A DNA stretch of 64,000 bases, from NCBI GenBank assembly GCA_963829525.1, contig CAWHIJ010000003.1:1280001-1344000 (forward strand). The letters run 5' to 3'. Source of the DNA: an uncultured Actinomycetota bacterium. Its GTDB lineage: Bacteria > Actinomycetota > Actinomycetes > JAHEKZ01. The position numbers and the translations under genes were made by a program. Of the stretch, positions 33,274 through 42,082 are shown piece after piece; position 1 is the first letter of the stretch; each line of letters starts with the position of its first letter. The notes under the pieces were generated by a model. The model had not been told where the DNA came from and did not search any database. It saw only the letters and a program-made list of their open reading frames with translations.

Positions 33274-35001
33274 TCAGTCGGTCGGGTCTGGCGGGTTCTC
33301 CTCGAGGTAGGCCTGCAGCGACTCGGTGTCCGCTGCCGTCCACCCCTCCGGCGGCAGAACTTCCGCCCACGCGTCCACCGATATCAGGCCGAAACGATGC
33401 CCGTGACCGTTGGGGACGTTGTTGGCGACGGCCAAGTCTGCCGAGACTTGGAAGAAGGTCACGAACGGGATCCAGGTCATCGCCGTGGACCGGTCCGGCC
33501 CGGGGTCCTCGTTCAGCCAGTCGGGCCGGTGGAGCAGGAGCTGAGGAGACCACCAACTGATGGGATCTGATGCGTGCTGGAGGTACATCACCTTCGGGGG
33601 CTCCCAAGGTGCAGGAATGTTGTCGAAGTCACCTGACTCGGCAGCGAACCTGACGGCCTGACCTTGCTCGAAGACCGGCTGCCACTCTGGCGAGCCGGCC
33701 TCCCGCAGGCCACGGAACTCTTTGGCGAGCGTGTTGTCGGCTGGCGGGCCCATGAAGACGATCCCGTCGGTCCGGTTCTGCATGTCCGCAGATCCGCTGA
33801 ACGCCGTCTCTCCGCCGAAGGAGCCGAGACTCTCGCCGAACACGACGAGCTTGGGCCTCGTCTTTCGAGGCATGCCCTCCCACTCTCCGTAGACGGCGTC
33901 GAAGAGGGCACGGCCGGAGTCTCTGGCCCGTGACTTGTCGACGAGGAACGAGAGCCAGCTTGGGAGGTAGGAGTACTGCATAGCGATCGTCGCGGTGTCG
34001 CCGCCGTACATGAACTCCAGTGGCCAGATCGCCTGGTCGTCGACCCACCCACTGCCCGTGGTGTTCCCGATGACCAGCACTTCGCGATCAAATCCGCCAA
34101 GACGTTCAAGCTCGTCCAAGGCGACTTGCGCCCGGACGCGTGAGTCGTCGCTTGCATCCAAGCCCGCATAGGCGCGCACCGGCGAAAGGGCGGCGGCGCC
34201 GGTGTATGCCTGGATCTGCTCGGGAGTCGGCGCACCCGCCACGTAGTCGCGACCGGTACGTCCGAGGGACTCCCAGGTGACACCGGACGCTGGACCACCC
34301 GAAACCGTGTCAGCTGTCGGTCGTCCGGTGTCAGGGAAGCTGTTCTGGTTGGTCGCCGCGAAGACTTCATCCATAGCATTCAGCGCACCGGCCACCACGA
34401 CGTCACTGATGAATGACGTGACCAGCATCACCACGGCGACGACCGCGAGCCCCTTGGCGATCTTGGGTGGCAGAAAACGCTGCAGCTGCCGAAGCAGCCA
34501 ACGGAAGAAGCGGCGGATTCCGCGTCCGATCGCCATGAAGAGAACGAACACGATCAACGCCACGAGGAGTGCGGCCCCCGACGAAGGGTAGCCGGCGTCC
34601 TTCATCCCCATCAGATCACGGAGGTCGGCCTGCCAGATCTGGCCGAAGGTCAGTGCGACGACGCTGCCGATCACGGCCACGACCCACAGCACGCGCCACG
34701 CCGTTCGCCAGCCGTCATCTGAAGGGCGACGGTCGGTGAACTGCACCACGGTCCACGTGATCGCGATCCCGAAGGCATAACCGATCACACCGGCCACACC
34801 CGCGACCAGTCCCTGGAACAAGCCACTGCGTGGGATCAGACTGGGGGTGAAGGAGAGCCATGCGAAGGCGAAAGCGACAGCGACGCCCCCGAAGTCGTAG
34901 GTCAGCCATGATGGCCAGTGGCGGTGCTTAAGTGGCGGGGATACTTCATCCCCGGGGTCACCCGATGCGTCGGGTGCATCAGTTTCGGCAACAGTCGACA
35001 T
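33274..35001 (-). CDS. Membrane-anchored alpha/beta hydrolase family protein
   Basis: SFTPSLIPR, TTGSGW, MQYSYLPSW, FGESLGSFG, HASDPISWW, GHGH; start set at ATG 35001. Confidence 0.85.
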   Translation of the reverse strand: MSTVAETDAPDASGDPGDEVSPPLKHRHWPSWLTYDFGGVAVAFAFAWLSFTPSLIPRSGLFQGLVAGVAGVIGYAFGIAITWTVVQFTDRRPSDDGWRTAWRVLWVVAVIGSVVALTFGQIWQADLRDLMGMKDAGYPSSGAALLVALIVFVLFMAIGRGIRRFFRWLLRQLQRFLPPKIAKGLAVVAVVMLVTSFISDVVVAGALNAMDEVFAATNQNSFPDTGRPTADTVSGGPASGVTWESLGRTGRDYVAGAPTPEQIQAYTGAAALSPVRAYAGLDASDDSRVRAQVALDELERLGGFDREVLVIGNTTGSGWVDDQAIWPLEFMYGGDTATIAMQYSYLPSWLSFLVDKSRARDSGRALFDAVYGEWEGMPRKTRPKLVVFGESLGSFGGETAFSGSADMQNRTDGIVFMGPPADNTLAKEFRGLREAGSPEWQPVFEQGQAVRFAAESGDFDNIPAPWEPPKVMYLQHASDPISWWSPQLLLHRPDWLNEDPGPDRSTAMTWIPFVTFFQVSADLAVANNVPNGHGHRFGLISVDAWAEVLPPEGWTAADTESLQAYLEENPPDPTD

Positions 35002-35112
35002 GCATGCTCCTGGTGTGAGGTGTCCCACGCCCATGATGGGCCTTCTGGCCCGGGCCACGCATGCCGACGCGCAGATACGGTAAGGACACGAACCAGCAGC
35101 CGGGGAGGCCCC

Positions 35113-37803
35113 ATGCGCTATGTCTACGCGTTCGCCGAAGGCAGCAAAGATGACAAAGACCTGCTCGGCGGGAAAGGGGCGAACCTTGCAGAGATGACGT
35201 CGCTGGGACTCCCAGTCCCTCCCGGTTTCACCATCACCACCGAGGCGTGCCGAGCCTTCCGCACACTGGGGCAGGCCCCGGAGGGGCTGGGGGCAGAGAT
35301 ACGAGAACATCTTGGCCGGCTTGAGGAAGCGATGGGACGCCGCTTGGGGGATGTCGCAGCCCCTCTGCTGATCTCGGTTCGGTCCGGTGCCAAGTTCTCG
35401 ATGCCGGGAATGATGGAGACCGTCCTCAACATCGGGCTCAACGACGAGACGGTGCTGGCTGGTGCCGCTGGGTCCAGCGATGAGCGTTTTGCGTGGGACT
35501 CCTACCGCAGGCTGCTGCAGATGTTCGGTCGAACGGTCCTCGACGTGCCTGGCCAGCGATTCGACATCGTTCTCGACAAGGCCAAGGCCGATTCCGGGGC
35601 AGCCCGCGACATCGACCTGACGCCAGATCAGCTTCGCGAAGTCGTCGCGGAGTACAAGGCCGTCATCGTCGAGAGCACCGGGCATCCTTTCCCGCAGGAC
35701 CCTCTCGATCAGCTCGATGCAGCCGTCCTGGCTGTTTTTCGTTCTTGGGACGGCGACCGTGCCAAGCTCTACCGGCGCCAAGAAGGAATCCCCGACGACC
35801 TCGGGACAGCCGTCAACGTCATGGCCATGGTCTTCGGCAACCGCGGAGACGACAGCGGCACCGGGGTTGCCTTCACCCGCGACCCGGCGAGCGGAGCCGC
35901 CGGAGCCTACGGCGACTACCTGCCGAATGCGCAGGGTGAAGACGTTGTCTCCGGAATCCGCAACACGATGTCGCTCGACGACCTCGCACAGCGTCACCCC
36001 GAACAGCACGATCAGCTACTCGCAAACATGAACCGACTCGAGACGCACTACCGCGATCTGTGTGACATCGAGTTCACCATCGAGCGTGGACGGCTCTGGA
36101 TGCTGCAGACCCGGGTCGGAAAGCGGACGCCAGAAGCGGCCTTCCGCATCGCCATCCAGCTCGTCGACGAGGGCTTGATCGACATGGATGAGGCGCTGCG
36201 GCGCGTCAGCGGTGCGCAGCTGGCTCGGCTGATGTTCCCGCAGGTAGATCCGGCGGAGGCTGGCCGACCGTGGGTGACCGGAGTACCGGCGTCACCTGGT
36301 GCCGCGGTGGGCAGGGCGGTCTTCGACTCCAAGCGGGCGGCCGTCCGGGCCGCCGCGGGGGAGCAGGTCGTCCTCGTGCGGCGCGAGACCAACCCCGAAG
36401 ATCTGGGCGGGATGATCGCGGCGCAAGGAATCCTCACCAGCCGAGGCGGTAAGACGTCACACGCAGCGGTGGTAGCGCGTGGCATGGGCAAGCCCTGCGT
36501 CGTGGGTGCTGAGTCTCTGGTGGTCGACGAAGATGCGCGCTTGGCGACGGGTCCAGATGGTCTCACTTTGAAGGAGGGGGACCCGATCTCGCTCGACGGC
36601 ATCGCTGGTGCGGTCTTCCGCGGGGAAGTCGCCGTAGTGCCGTCGCCGGTCGTCAGCTCGCTGGATTCCACCGAAGATGCTCGGCACGATGACGACCCGG
36701 TTGTCGCAGCCGTGGCGCGTCTGATGAAACACGCTGACCACGTACGTCGCCTTGGCGTTCGAGCGAACGCAGACACGGGAGAAGACGCCGCCCGCGCGCG
36801 GCGCATGGGGGCGTCCGGGGTAGGGCTTGCCCGTACTGAGCACATGTTCTTGGGTGACCGAAAGCAGCTGGTGGTGCGGCTGGTGCTCGCAAAGTCTGAT
36901 GCCGAGCGGGCGATCGTCTACGAAGAGCTGCTGCCGCTGCAGCGTCACGACTTCACCGACCTCTTGGCGGCCATGGATGGCCTACCTGTCATCGTCCGAT
37001 TGCTGGATCCGCCGCTTCACGAGTTTCTCCCCGATCTGACCGAGCTGTCGGTCAAAGTGGCTCTGGAGGACATCCGAGGTAACCACGACTCCGACCATCA
37101 TCAGCTGCTCGAGGCAGTACGTCTGATGCACGAAGCAAACCCGATGATGGGAATGCGCGGCGTCCGTCTGGGCTTGGTGCTTCCTGGGCTCTACGGACTT
37201 CAGGTACGGGCGATGGCAGAAGCCACCGCCGATCGTCTCGCAGCCGGGGGGTCGCCCCGCCCGGAGATCATGGTCCCTCTCGTGGCTGCGCGCACCGAGT
37301 TGGCTCTGGTTCGTGACGAGGCAGAGCGGGTGATCGCGGCCGTGGCAGAGGAGCGGGATGTCGAGCTCCAGATCCCGATCGGCACGATGATCGAGCTGCC
37401 ACGAGCTGCTGTGCGTGCCGGAGACCTTGCGCATGTTGCTGAGTTCTTCTCGTTCGGCAGCAACGACCTGACGCAGACGACGTGGGGATTCAGTCGTGAC
37501 GATGTGGAGGGCGCCTTCTTCACCACCTACCTGGACGCCAACATCTTCAGCGTTTCGCCCTTCGAGACGATCGACGCCGACGGAGTTGGGGCGCTCATCC
37601 GAATGGCTGTGGAGGCAGGACGTGCCGTCCGGCCATCGATGAGCCTCGGTGTCTGCGGCGAACACGGTGGTGATCCGGCGTCGGTGCACATGTTCCACGA
37701 CTGGGGACTCGACTACGTCTCGTGCTCGCCGTTCCGGGTGCCGATCGCACGACTGGAGGCGGGAAGGGCGGCGATTGCGGCTGACACCAGCGATACCCGC
37801 TGA
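35113..37803 (+). CDS. ppdK: Pyruvate, phosphate dikinase
   Basis: LLGGKGANLAEM, SMPGMMET, phospho-His GGKTSHAAVVARG, RTEHMF, GVCGEHGGDP. Confidence 0.97.
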   Translation: MRYVYAFAEGSKDDKDLLGGKGANLAEMTSLGLPVPPGFTITTEACRAFRTLGQAPEGLGAEIREHLGRLEEAMGRRLGDVAAPLLISVRSGAKFSMPGMMETVLNIGLNDETVLAGAAGSSDERFAWDSYRRLLQMFGRTVLDVPGQRFDIVLDKAKADSGAARDIDLTPDQLREVVAEYKAVIVESTGHPFPQDPLDQLDAAVLAVFRSWDGDRAKLYRRQEGIPDDLGTAVNVMAMVFGNRGDDSGTGVAFTRDPASGAAGAYGDYLPNAQGEDVVSGIRNTMSLDDLAQRHPEQHDQLLANMNRLETHYRDLCDIEFTIERGRLWMLQTRVGKRTPEAAFRIAIQLVDEGLIDMDEALRRVSGAQLARLMFPQVDPAEAGRPWVTGVPASPGAAVGRAVFDSKRAAVRAAAGEQVVLVRRETNPEDLGGMIAAQGILTSRGGKTSHAAVVARGMGKPCVVGAESLVVDEDARLATGPDGLTLKEGDPISLDGIAGAVFRGEVAVVPSPVVSSLDSTEDARHDDDPVVAAVARLMKHADHVRRLGVRANADTGEDAARARRMGASGVGLARTEHMFLGDRKQLVVRLVLAKSDAERAIVYEELLPLQRHDFTDLLAAMDGLPVIVRLLDPPLHEFLPDLTELSVKVALEDIRGNHDSDHHQLLEAVRLMHEANPMMGMRGVRLGLVLPGLYGLQVRAMAEATADRLAAGGSPRPEIMVPLVAARTELALVRDEAERVIAAVAEERDVELQIPIGTMIELPRAAVRAGDLAHVAEFFSFGSNDLTQTTWGFSRDDVEGAFFTTYLDANIFSVSPFETIDADGVGALIRMAVEAGRAVRPSMSLGVCGEHGGDPASVHMFHDWGLDYVSCSPFRVPIARLEAGRAAIAADTSDTR

Positions 37804-37835
37804 GGTTGCGCCCGCAGTCGCGTAGGGTCCGAGGA

Positions 37836-39071
37836 ATGGGCGAGACTGTGCAGGGATACGACGACGCAGACGTCGCGCGGCGCGTCGTCGAGAGCGGCAA
37901 GAGCAGCAGACGGAACGCCTTCGCACGCGACCGCGCCCGTGTCTTGCACTCCTGGTCGTTGCGCCGGTTGGCCGCCAAGACGCAGGTCGTCGTCCCCTGG
38001 GAGAGCGACTTTCCGCGCACCCGGCTCACGCACTCACTCGAGGTAGCTCAGATCGGTCGCGAGCTGGGTCAAACGTTGGGGTGCAATCCGGACCTGGTCG
38101 AGACGGCGGGGCTGGCGCACGACCTCGGGCACCCGCCGTTCGGGCACAACGGTGAGCAGGCCTTGGATGAGGTTGCGCAAGCGTGCGGTGGTTTTGAAGG
38201 GAATGCCCAGAGCCTGCGGATCCTCGCGCGGCTGGAGACAAAGAAGTTGGACGACTTCGGCGCCAGTGTCGGGCTCAACCTGACCAGGGCGACCCTGGAC
38301 GCCTCCACCAAGTACCCGTGGCCCAGGTCACCTGAGCGCCGCAAGTACGGCGTCTATGCCGCAGACATGGCCGCATTCGAATGGTTACGGGACAACGCCC
38401 CGGGCGACAGGCGCTGCATGGAGGCCCAGGTGATGGATTGGGCCGATGACATCGCCTACTCGGTGCATGACTTCGAGGACGCGGTCCATGCAGGCCATCT
38501 GCCGCTGGCCGCACTGCACGACCCTGTCGAGCGCAAGGCGCTTGTTGATCTCACGCAACAGAGGTTTGCGGCTTTGCTCGAGTGGGGTGAGCTTGAAGCA
38601 GCGTTGGACCGATTGCTGACGTTGCCCTACTGGCCACGTGCCTACGACGAGAGCCATCGCGCGATGGCCGAGCTCAAGAGCACCACGAGCGAGCTGATCG
38701 GTCGATTCTGCTTGTCGGCTGAGGAGGCGACGCGTGCTGCGAGTGGCGACAGCCCACTGCGCCGCTACCAGGCAGACCTGGTCGTTCCCGATGGGGTCCG
38801 TGCAGAGTGTGCAGTATTGAAGGCCATCACGGCGCAGTACGTCATGCTTCGTAAGGGCGCCCCCGAGCGATACGCGCAGCAGCGCGAGATCGTCACCGAG
38901 CTAACCCACCTGTTGATGCTCGGTGCTCCTGTCACCCTTGAGCCTATGTTCGCCGAGTGGTTTGGCCAGGCTCCGGATGACGCCGGACGGTTGCGTGCCG
39001 TGATAGACCAAGTGGCGTCGTTGACCGACACGGCAGCGCTCGCCATGTTTGGCAAGCTGCGCTCGCGGTGA
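37836..39071 (+). CDS. dgt: Deoxyguanosinetriphosphate triphosphohydrolase
   Basis: RTRLTHSLEV, HDLGHPPFGHNGE, FEGNAQ, ADDIAYSVHDFED. Confidence 0.94.
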   Translation: MGETVQGYDDADVARRVVESGKSSRRNAFARDRARVLHSWSLRRLAAKTQVVVPWESDFPRTRLTHSLEVAQIGRELGQTLGCNPDLVETAGLAHDLGHPPFGHNGEQALDEVAQACGGFEGNAQSLRILARLETKKLDDFGASVGLNLTRATLDASTKYPWPRSPERRKYGVYAADMAAFEWLRDNAPGDRRCMEAQVMDWADDIAYSVHDFEDAVHAGHLPLAALHDPVERKALVDLTQQRFAALLEWGELEAALDRLLTLPYWPRAYDESHRAMAELKSTTSELIGRFCLSAEEATRAASGDSPLRRYQADLVVPDGVRAECAVLKAITAQYVMLRKGAPERYAQQREIVTELTHLLMLGAPVTLEPMFAEWFGQAPDDAGRLRAVIDQVASLTDTAALAMFGKLRSR

Positions 39072-39514
39072 CCGTCGACATCAGGCGAGTCAACGCCGCT
39101 GTCGTCCGTCCACTCCGGCACTCGGTGTTGCGACCGGCGCGGGACTTGTCGGAGTCGGTTTACCCCATCGACGACTTGGCGGAGACGATCCACCTCGCCG
39201 CCTTTGACGGCGCGGTCGTCATAGGTACAGCAACTGTCTTTTCGGAGCCCCATGAGGGGCATGCCGCCTGGCGGCTGCGTGGCATGGCGGTGGCGGAGTC
39301 ACGTAGAGGAACGGGTGTTGGCTCAGCGCTCATGATCGAGGTGATGCGTCAGGTGCGCGAGCAAGGCAGTGACGTTCTCTGGTGCAACGCCCGCACAGTT
39401 GCATTGCCGTTCTACGCCCGCCACGGCTTTGCCGCCGTGGGCGATGAGTTCCTCGCCGCCCACGGCGTCCCGCACTACCTAGCCGTCCTCAAGATGGCTG
39501 CGGATCAGGGTTGA
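39068..39514 (+). CDS. GNAT acetyltransferase
   Basis: LRHSVLRP, WRLRGMAV...RRGTGVG, LWCNAR, FYARHGF. Confidence 0.88.
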   Translation: MTVDIRRVNAAVVRPLRHSVLRPARDLSESVYPIDDLAETIHLAAFDGAVVIGTATVFSEPHEGHAAWRLRGMAVAESRRGTGVGSALMIEVMRQVREQGSDVLWCNARTVALPFYARHGFAAVGDEFLAAHGVPHYLAVLKMAADQG

Positions 39515-39932
39515 GCCCCGTTCGCCACTCGTCAGCATCGAAGAATCCAGCGATGTCACTGACGCTTAGGAATCCGACGATGGTCTCGCCCGATAGAACG
39601 GGTACCCGTCGCATGGAGTGCTTAGTCATCTGCTGGGCCGCCCACCGCACATCGTCGTCGGGAGCGACGGTGATGAACTCAGTGGGACAGATCTCGCCGA
39701 CCAGAGTCCGCCCGGAAATGGACGAGGAAGCTAGACGGGCCGACAGCGCGCGGTCGGCAACGACACCGACGGGGCGGCCGCTTTCGGTAATCACCACTTC
39801 GCTCGTCCGGTGCTTGCGCATGATTCGGGAAGCAGCCTCGACCGTCTGTTCAACGTCAAGATAGATGACAGGACCAGTCATCACCTCGGACACCTGGGGA
39901 ATTGGGGTGGTTATCTCGCCGGGTGCGGTCAT
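39489..39932 (-). CDS. CBS-pair protein
   Basis: VSEVMT, GVVADR, MRRVPV, IVGFLSVSDI; ATGA overlap with the hemerythrin gene. Confidence 0.82.
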   Translation of the reverse strand: MTAPGEITTPIPQVSEVMTGPVIYLDVEQTVEAASRIMRKHRTSEVVITESGRPVGVVADRALSARLASSSISGRTLVGEICPTEFITVAPDDDVRWAAQQMTKHSMRRVPVLSGETIVGFLSVSDIAGFFDADEWRTGLNPDPQPS

Positions 39933-40483
39933 GACGGATCCGCCGTCACGGCGTGGGTCAACTCGTTGCGGGTCATGGAGCGGATTCCGCTGATCCCCTC
40001 GTTGCGGCCCTGCTGTTCAAGCTGCCGACGCGTCAGGGGCTCTGAGATAGAGGTCAGCACGGCCGACCGGGCAAGAGCGAACGCGGCGCCCAGAGCGTGC
40101 TGTTGCTCGATGGGCAGCTTGTCCGCTTCGGTCAGAACCGATTCTTCTTCTTCCTCGATGTGATGGTCTACTGCTTCGACGAGAGATTTCAGCGTGCGAT
40201 CGAAGGCATCGTCGTCGAGCTCATCTTGGACCAGCTTCTCGACCAGACGGTCCGCCTCAGCGTGTTCGTGCTGGCTATGGGCCACTTCGCCAGCTGCCCC
40301 CGTGTCACGGCGGAGTACTGGATAGACCTCCGACTCTTCGGCGCGGCTATGCGCGGCAAGAAGTGCGAGGAGTACGGGTGCGGTTAGCGGCCGGCTCTGA
40401 CGACTCTCCAGCTCCGTGAAAAGGCGACGCATTTCGCGGTGGTCCTCCCTGATGAGGGCACCTACGGGGAACTGAGTCTTCAT
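39929..40483 (-). CDS. Hemerythrin (HHE) domain protein with C-terminal Rho_N-like tail
   Basis: EDHR, HSRAEE..VYP, HEH, HHIEEEE; tail LEQQGRNEGISGIRSMTRNEL; AAGGAG RBS. Confidence 0.85.
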   Translation of the reverse strand: MKTQFPVGALIREDHREMRRLFTELESRQSRPLTAPVLLALLAAHSRAEESEVYPVLRRDTGAAGEVAHSQHEHAEADRLVEKLVQDELDDDAFDRTLKSLVEAVDHHIEEEEESVLTEADKLPIEQQHALGAAFALARSAVLTSISEPLTRRQLEQQGRNEGISGIRSMTRNELTHAVTADPS

Positions 40484-40541
40484 AGTCGCTCCTTGACGGG
40501 GTGGCTTGTATCGCGGGTACTGAATCGCAACCAGGAGGCAC

Positions 40542-40567
40542 CTACCCATGGCCCCCGACGGCGAAAC
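40542..40567 (-). promoter_or_regulatory. SigF/SigB-type promoter of the hemerythrin-CBS operon
   Basis: GTTT-N16-GGGTAG on the minus strand. Confidence 0.72.
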
Positions 40568-40641
40568 CTGGGAGCGGGAGGAAGCGCGAGTCGGCGGGTA
40601 GTGGCACGATGCGCACACGGTCCGACGCAGAGGAGTACTAG

Positions 40642-41478
40642 GTGTCAGAAGCAAGCATCCCGAACGTGCAGCTCAACGACGGAGCCAGTCTCCCAGCGCT
40701 GGGATTCGGGACGTGGGACCTGCGGGGAGCCGCGGCGTCGCAGTCAGTCGCAGGTGCCCTTGAGCATGGCTACCGACTGATCGACTCAGCAGTCAACTAC
40801 GGGAACGAGCGAGAAGTCGGACGAGCTGTCGCCGAGAGGACGGATCTCGGTGACTCGGTAGTCGTCACCACCAAGCTTCCCGGCCGCGACCACGGGTACG
40901 ACCAGACGCTGCGCTCGTTCGAAGGTTCACTCGAGCGGCTAGGTCGCGTCGACCTCTACCTCATCCACTGGCCAAACCCCCGGCGCGGCCGGTATGTCGA
41001 TACCTGGCGCGCGATGGTCGAGCTCCAGCTTCAGGGGCGCGTCCGAACGATTGGGGTCTCGAACTTTACCGAGCAGCACCTGCATCAAGTCGCCGATGCG
41101 ACCGGGGTGATGCCGGCGGTGAACCAGATCGAGTTGCACCCGCACTTCTCGCAGGCTGCACTTTGCAGAGTTCATCGCGAGCTGGGCATCCTTACCGAGA
41201 GCTGGAGCCCACTCGGAGAAGGAAAGTCGTTCGGTGAAGCCTCGATCGCAGGTCCGGCCACCAAGTACGGTCGAACGCCTGCGCAGATCGTGCTGCGGTG
41301 GCACATTCAGTTGGGCGTCATTCCACTGCCGAAGTCGGCCAATCCAGCGCGGCAGGCGGAGAACGCAGGCATCTTCGATTTCGCTCTAACTGAGTCCGAG
41401 GTCGCTGCCATCTCAGCGCTGAGTCAGCCTGACGGCCGTCTCTGGGGTGGCGACCCCATGACCAACGAAGAAATGTGA
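40642..41478 (+). CDS. Aldo/keto reductase (2,5-DKG reductase-like)
   Basis: GFGTW, IDSAVNYGNE, DLYLIHWP, IGVSNF, NQIELHP, PKS. Confidence 0.93.
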   Translation: MSEASIPNVQLNDGASLPALGFGTWDLRGAAASQSVAGALEHGYRLIDSAVNYGNEREVGRAVAERTDLGDSVVVTTKLPGRDHGYDQTLRSFEGSLERLGRVDLYLIHWPNPRRGRYVDTWRAMVELQLQGRVRTIGVSNFTEQHLHQVADATGVMPAVNQIELHPHFSQAALCRVHRELGILTESWSPLGEGKSFGEASIAGPATKYGRTPAQIVLRWHIQLGVIPLPKSANPARQAENAGIFDFALTESEVAAISALSQPDGRLWGGDPMTNEEM

Positions 41479-41483
41479 GATCG

Positions 41484-41648
41484 CTAGGGACCAACCAGTG
41501 ATGCACGTGACCACGGGTCAGGCTGAATCAGCTCACGCCGGGAGAGCTCCACGAGAGTGACCAGGCCAGCCCGACCATAGCGATTACGGGTTTGCTCCAC
41601 GAGAGCGCGAAGTTCGGGGTCCACCACCAGCATGCTGTTGGTTTGCAT
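41484..41648 (-). CDS. Hypothetical 54-aa protein
   Basis: GAGGAG RBS plus ATG, downstream of a consensus SigF-type promoter. Confidence 0.5.
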   Translation of the reverse strand: MQTNSMLVVDPELRALVEQTRNRYGRAGLVTLVELSRRELIQPDPWSRASLVGP

Positions 41649-41721
41649 GAAGGAGCTCCTCTGAATCGTGATGTCGCTCTGCCAGCTGAGTGAGCCGACA
41701 GATGGCATTTCAGTGCCAGGA

Positions 41722-41746
41722 ATACCCAGGTGTCCCGCCGCCAAAC
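41722..41746 (-). promoter_or_regulatory. SigF/SigB-type promoter
   Basis: GTTT-N15-GGGTAT on the minus strand. Confidence 0.75.
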
Positions 41747-41787
41747 CATGAGTAGGGGTCGTCGAGGTACCGGCCTCCCGTCGAGTC

Positions 41788-41812
41788 GTTTGGAAGGTAT
41801 TCGGAGGGGTAA
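41788..41812 (+). promoter_or_regulatory. SigF/SigB-type promoter
   Basis: GTTT-N15-GGGTAA on the plus strand. Confidence 0.75.
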
Positions 41813-41858
41813 GCCGCTGAAGTCAGGACTACTCACCAAGCAAATAGGGAGGCATTCC

Positions 41859-42008
41859 ATGTGCGCATCTTGTGGCTGTGGCGAGCCGAATGAACAGCAC
41901 CAGGATTCCGCCAACATCACCGGCACGCAGATTCAAGCAGCAGCGTCTTCAGCCGGGATCAGTGCAGAGCAGGCTGCCCAGAACATGCTGGACAGCGTCC
42001 GCAGCTGA
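41859..42008 (+). CDS. 49-aa protein with N-terminal CxxCGC motif
   Basis: GGGAGG RBS, MCASCGCGEPNEQH; own promoter and terminator. Confidence 0.8.
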   Translation: MCASCGCGEPNEQHQDSANITGTQIQAAASSAGISAEQAAQNMLDSVRS

Positions 42009-42025
42009 GTAGTTGCGGGGGAGGG

Positions 42026-42056
42026 TCGACCGGGTGCAGAACCCGGTCGATTCTTC
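42026..42056 (+). terminator. Intrinsic terminator
   Basis: TCGACCGGGT-gcaga-ACCCGGTCGA, perfect 10-bp stem followed by TTCTTC. Confidence 0.75.
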
Positions 42057-42082
42057 TGCGTTGCAGCAGCCGCGAGCCGGGC

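Noticed and set aside
33274-36009. 911-aa minus-strand ORF
   Set aside because: The extension is antisense to ppdK; the hydrolase starts at 35001.
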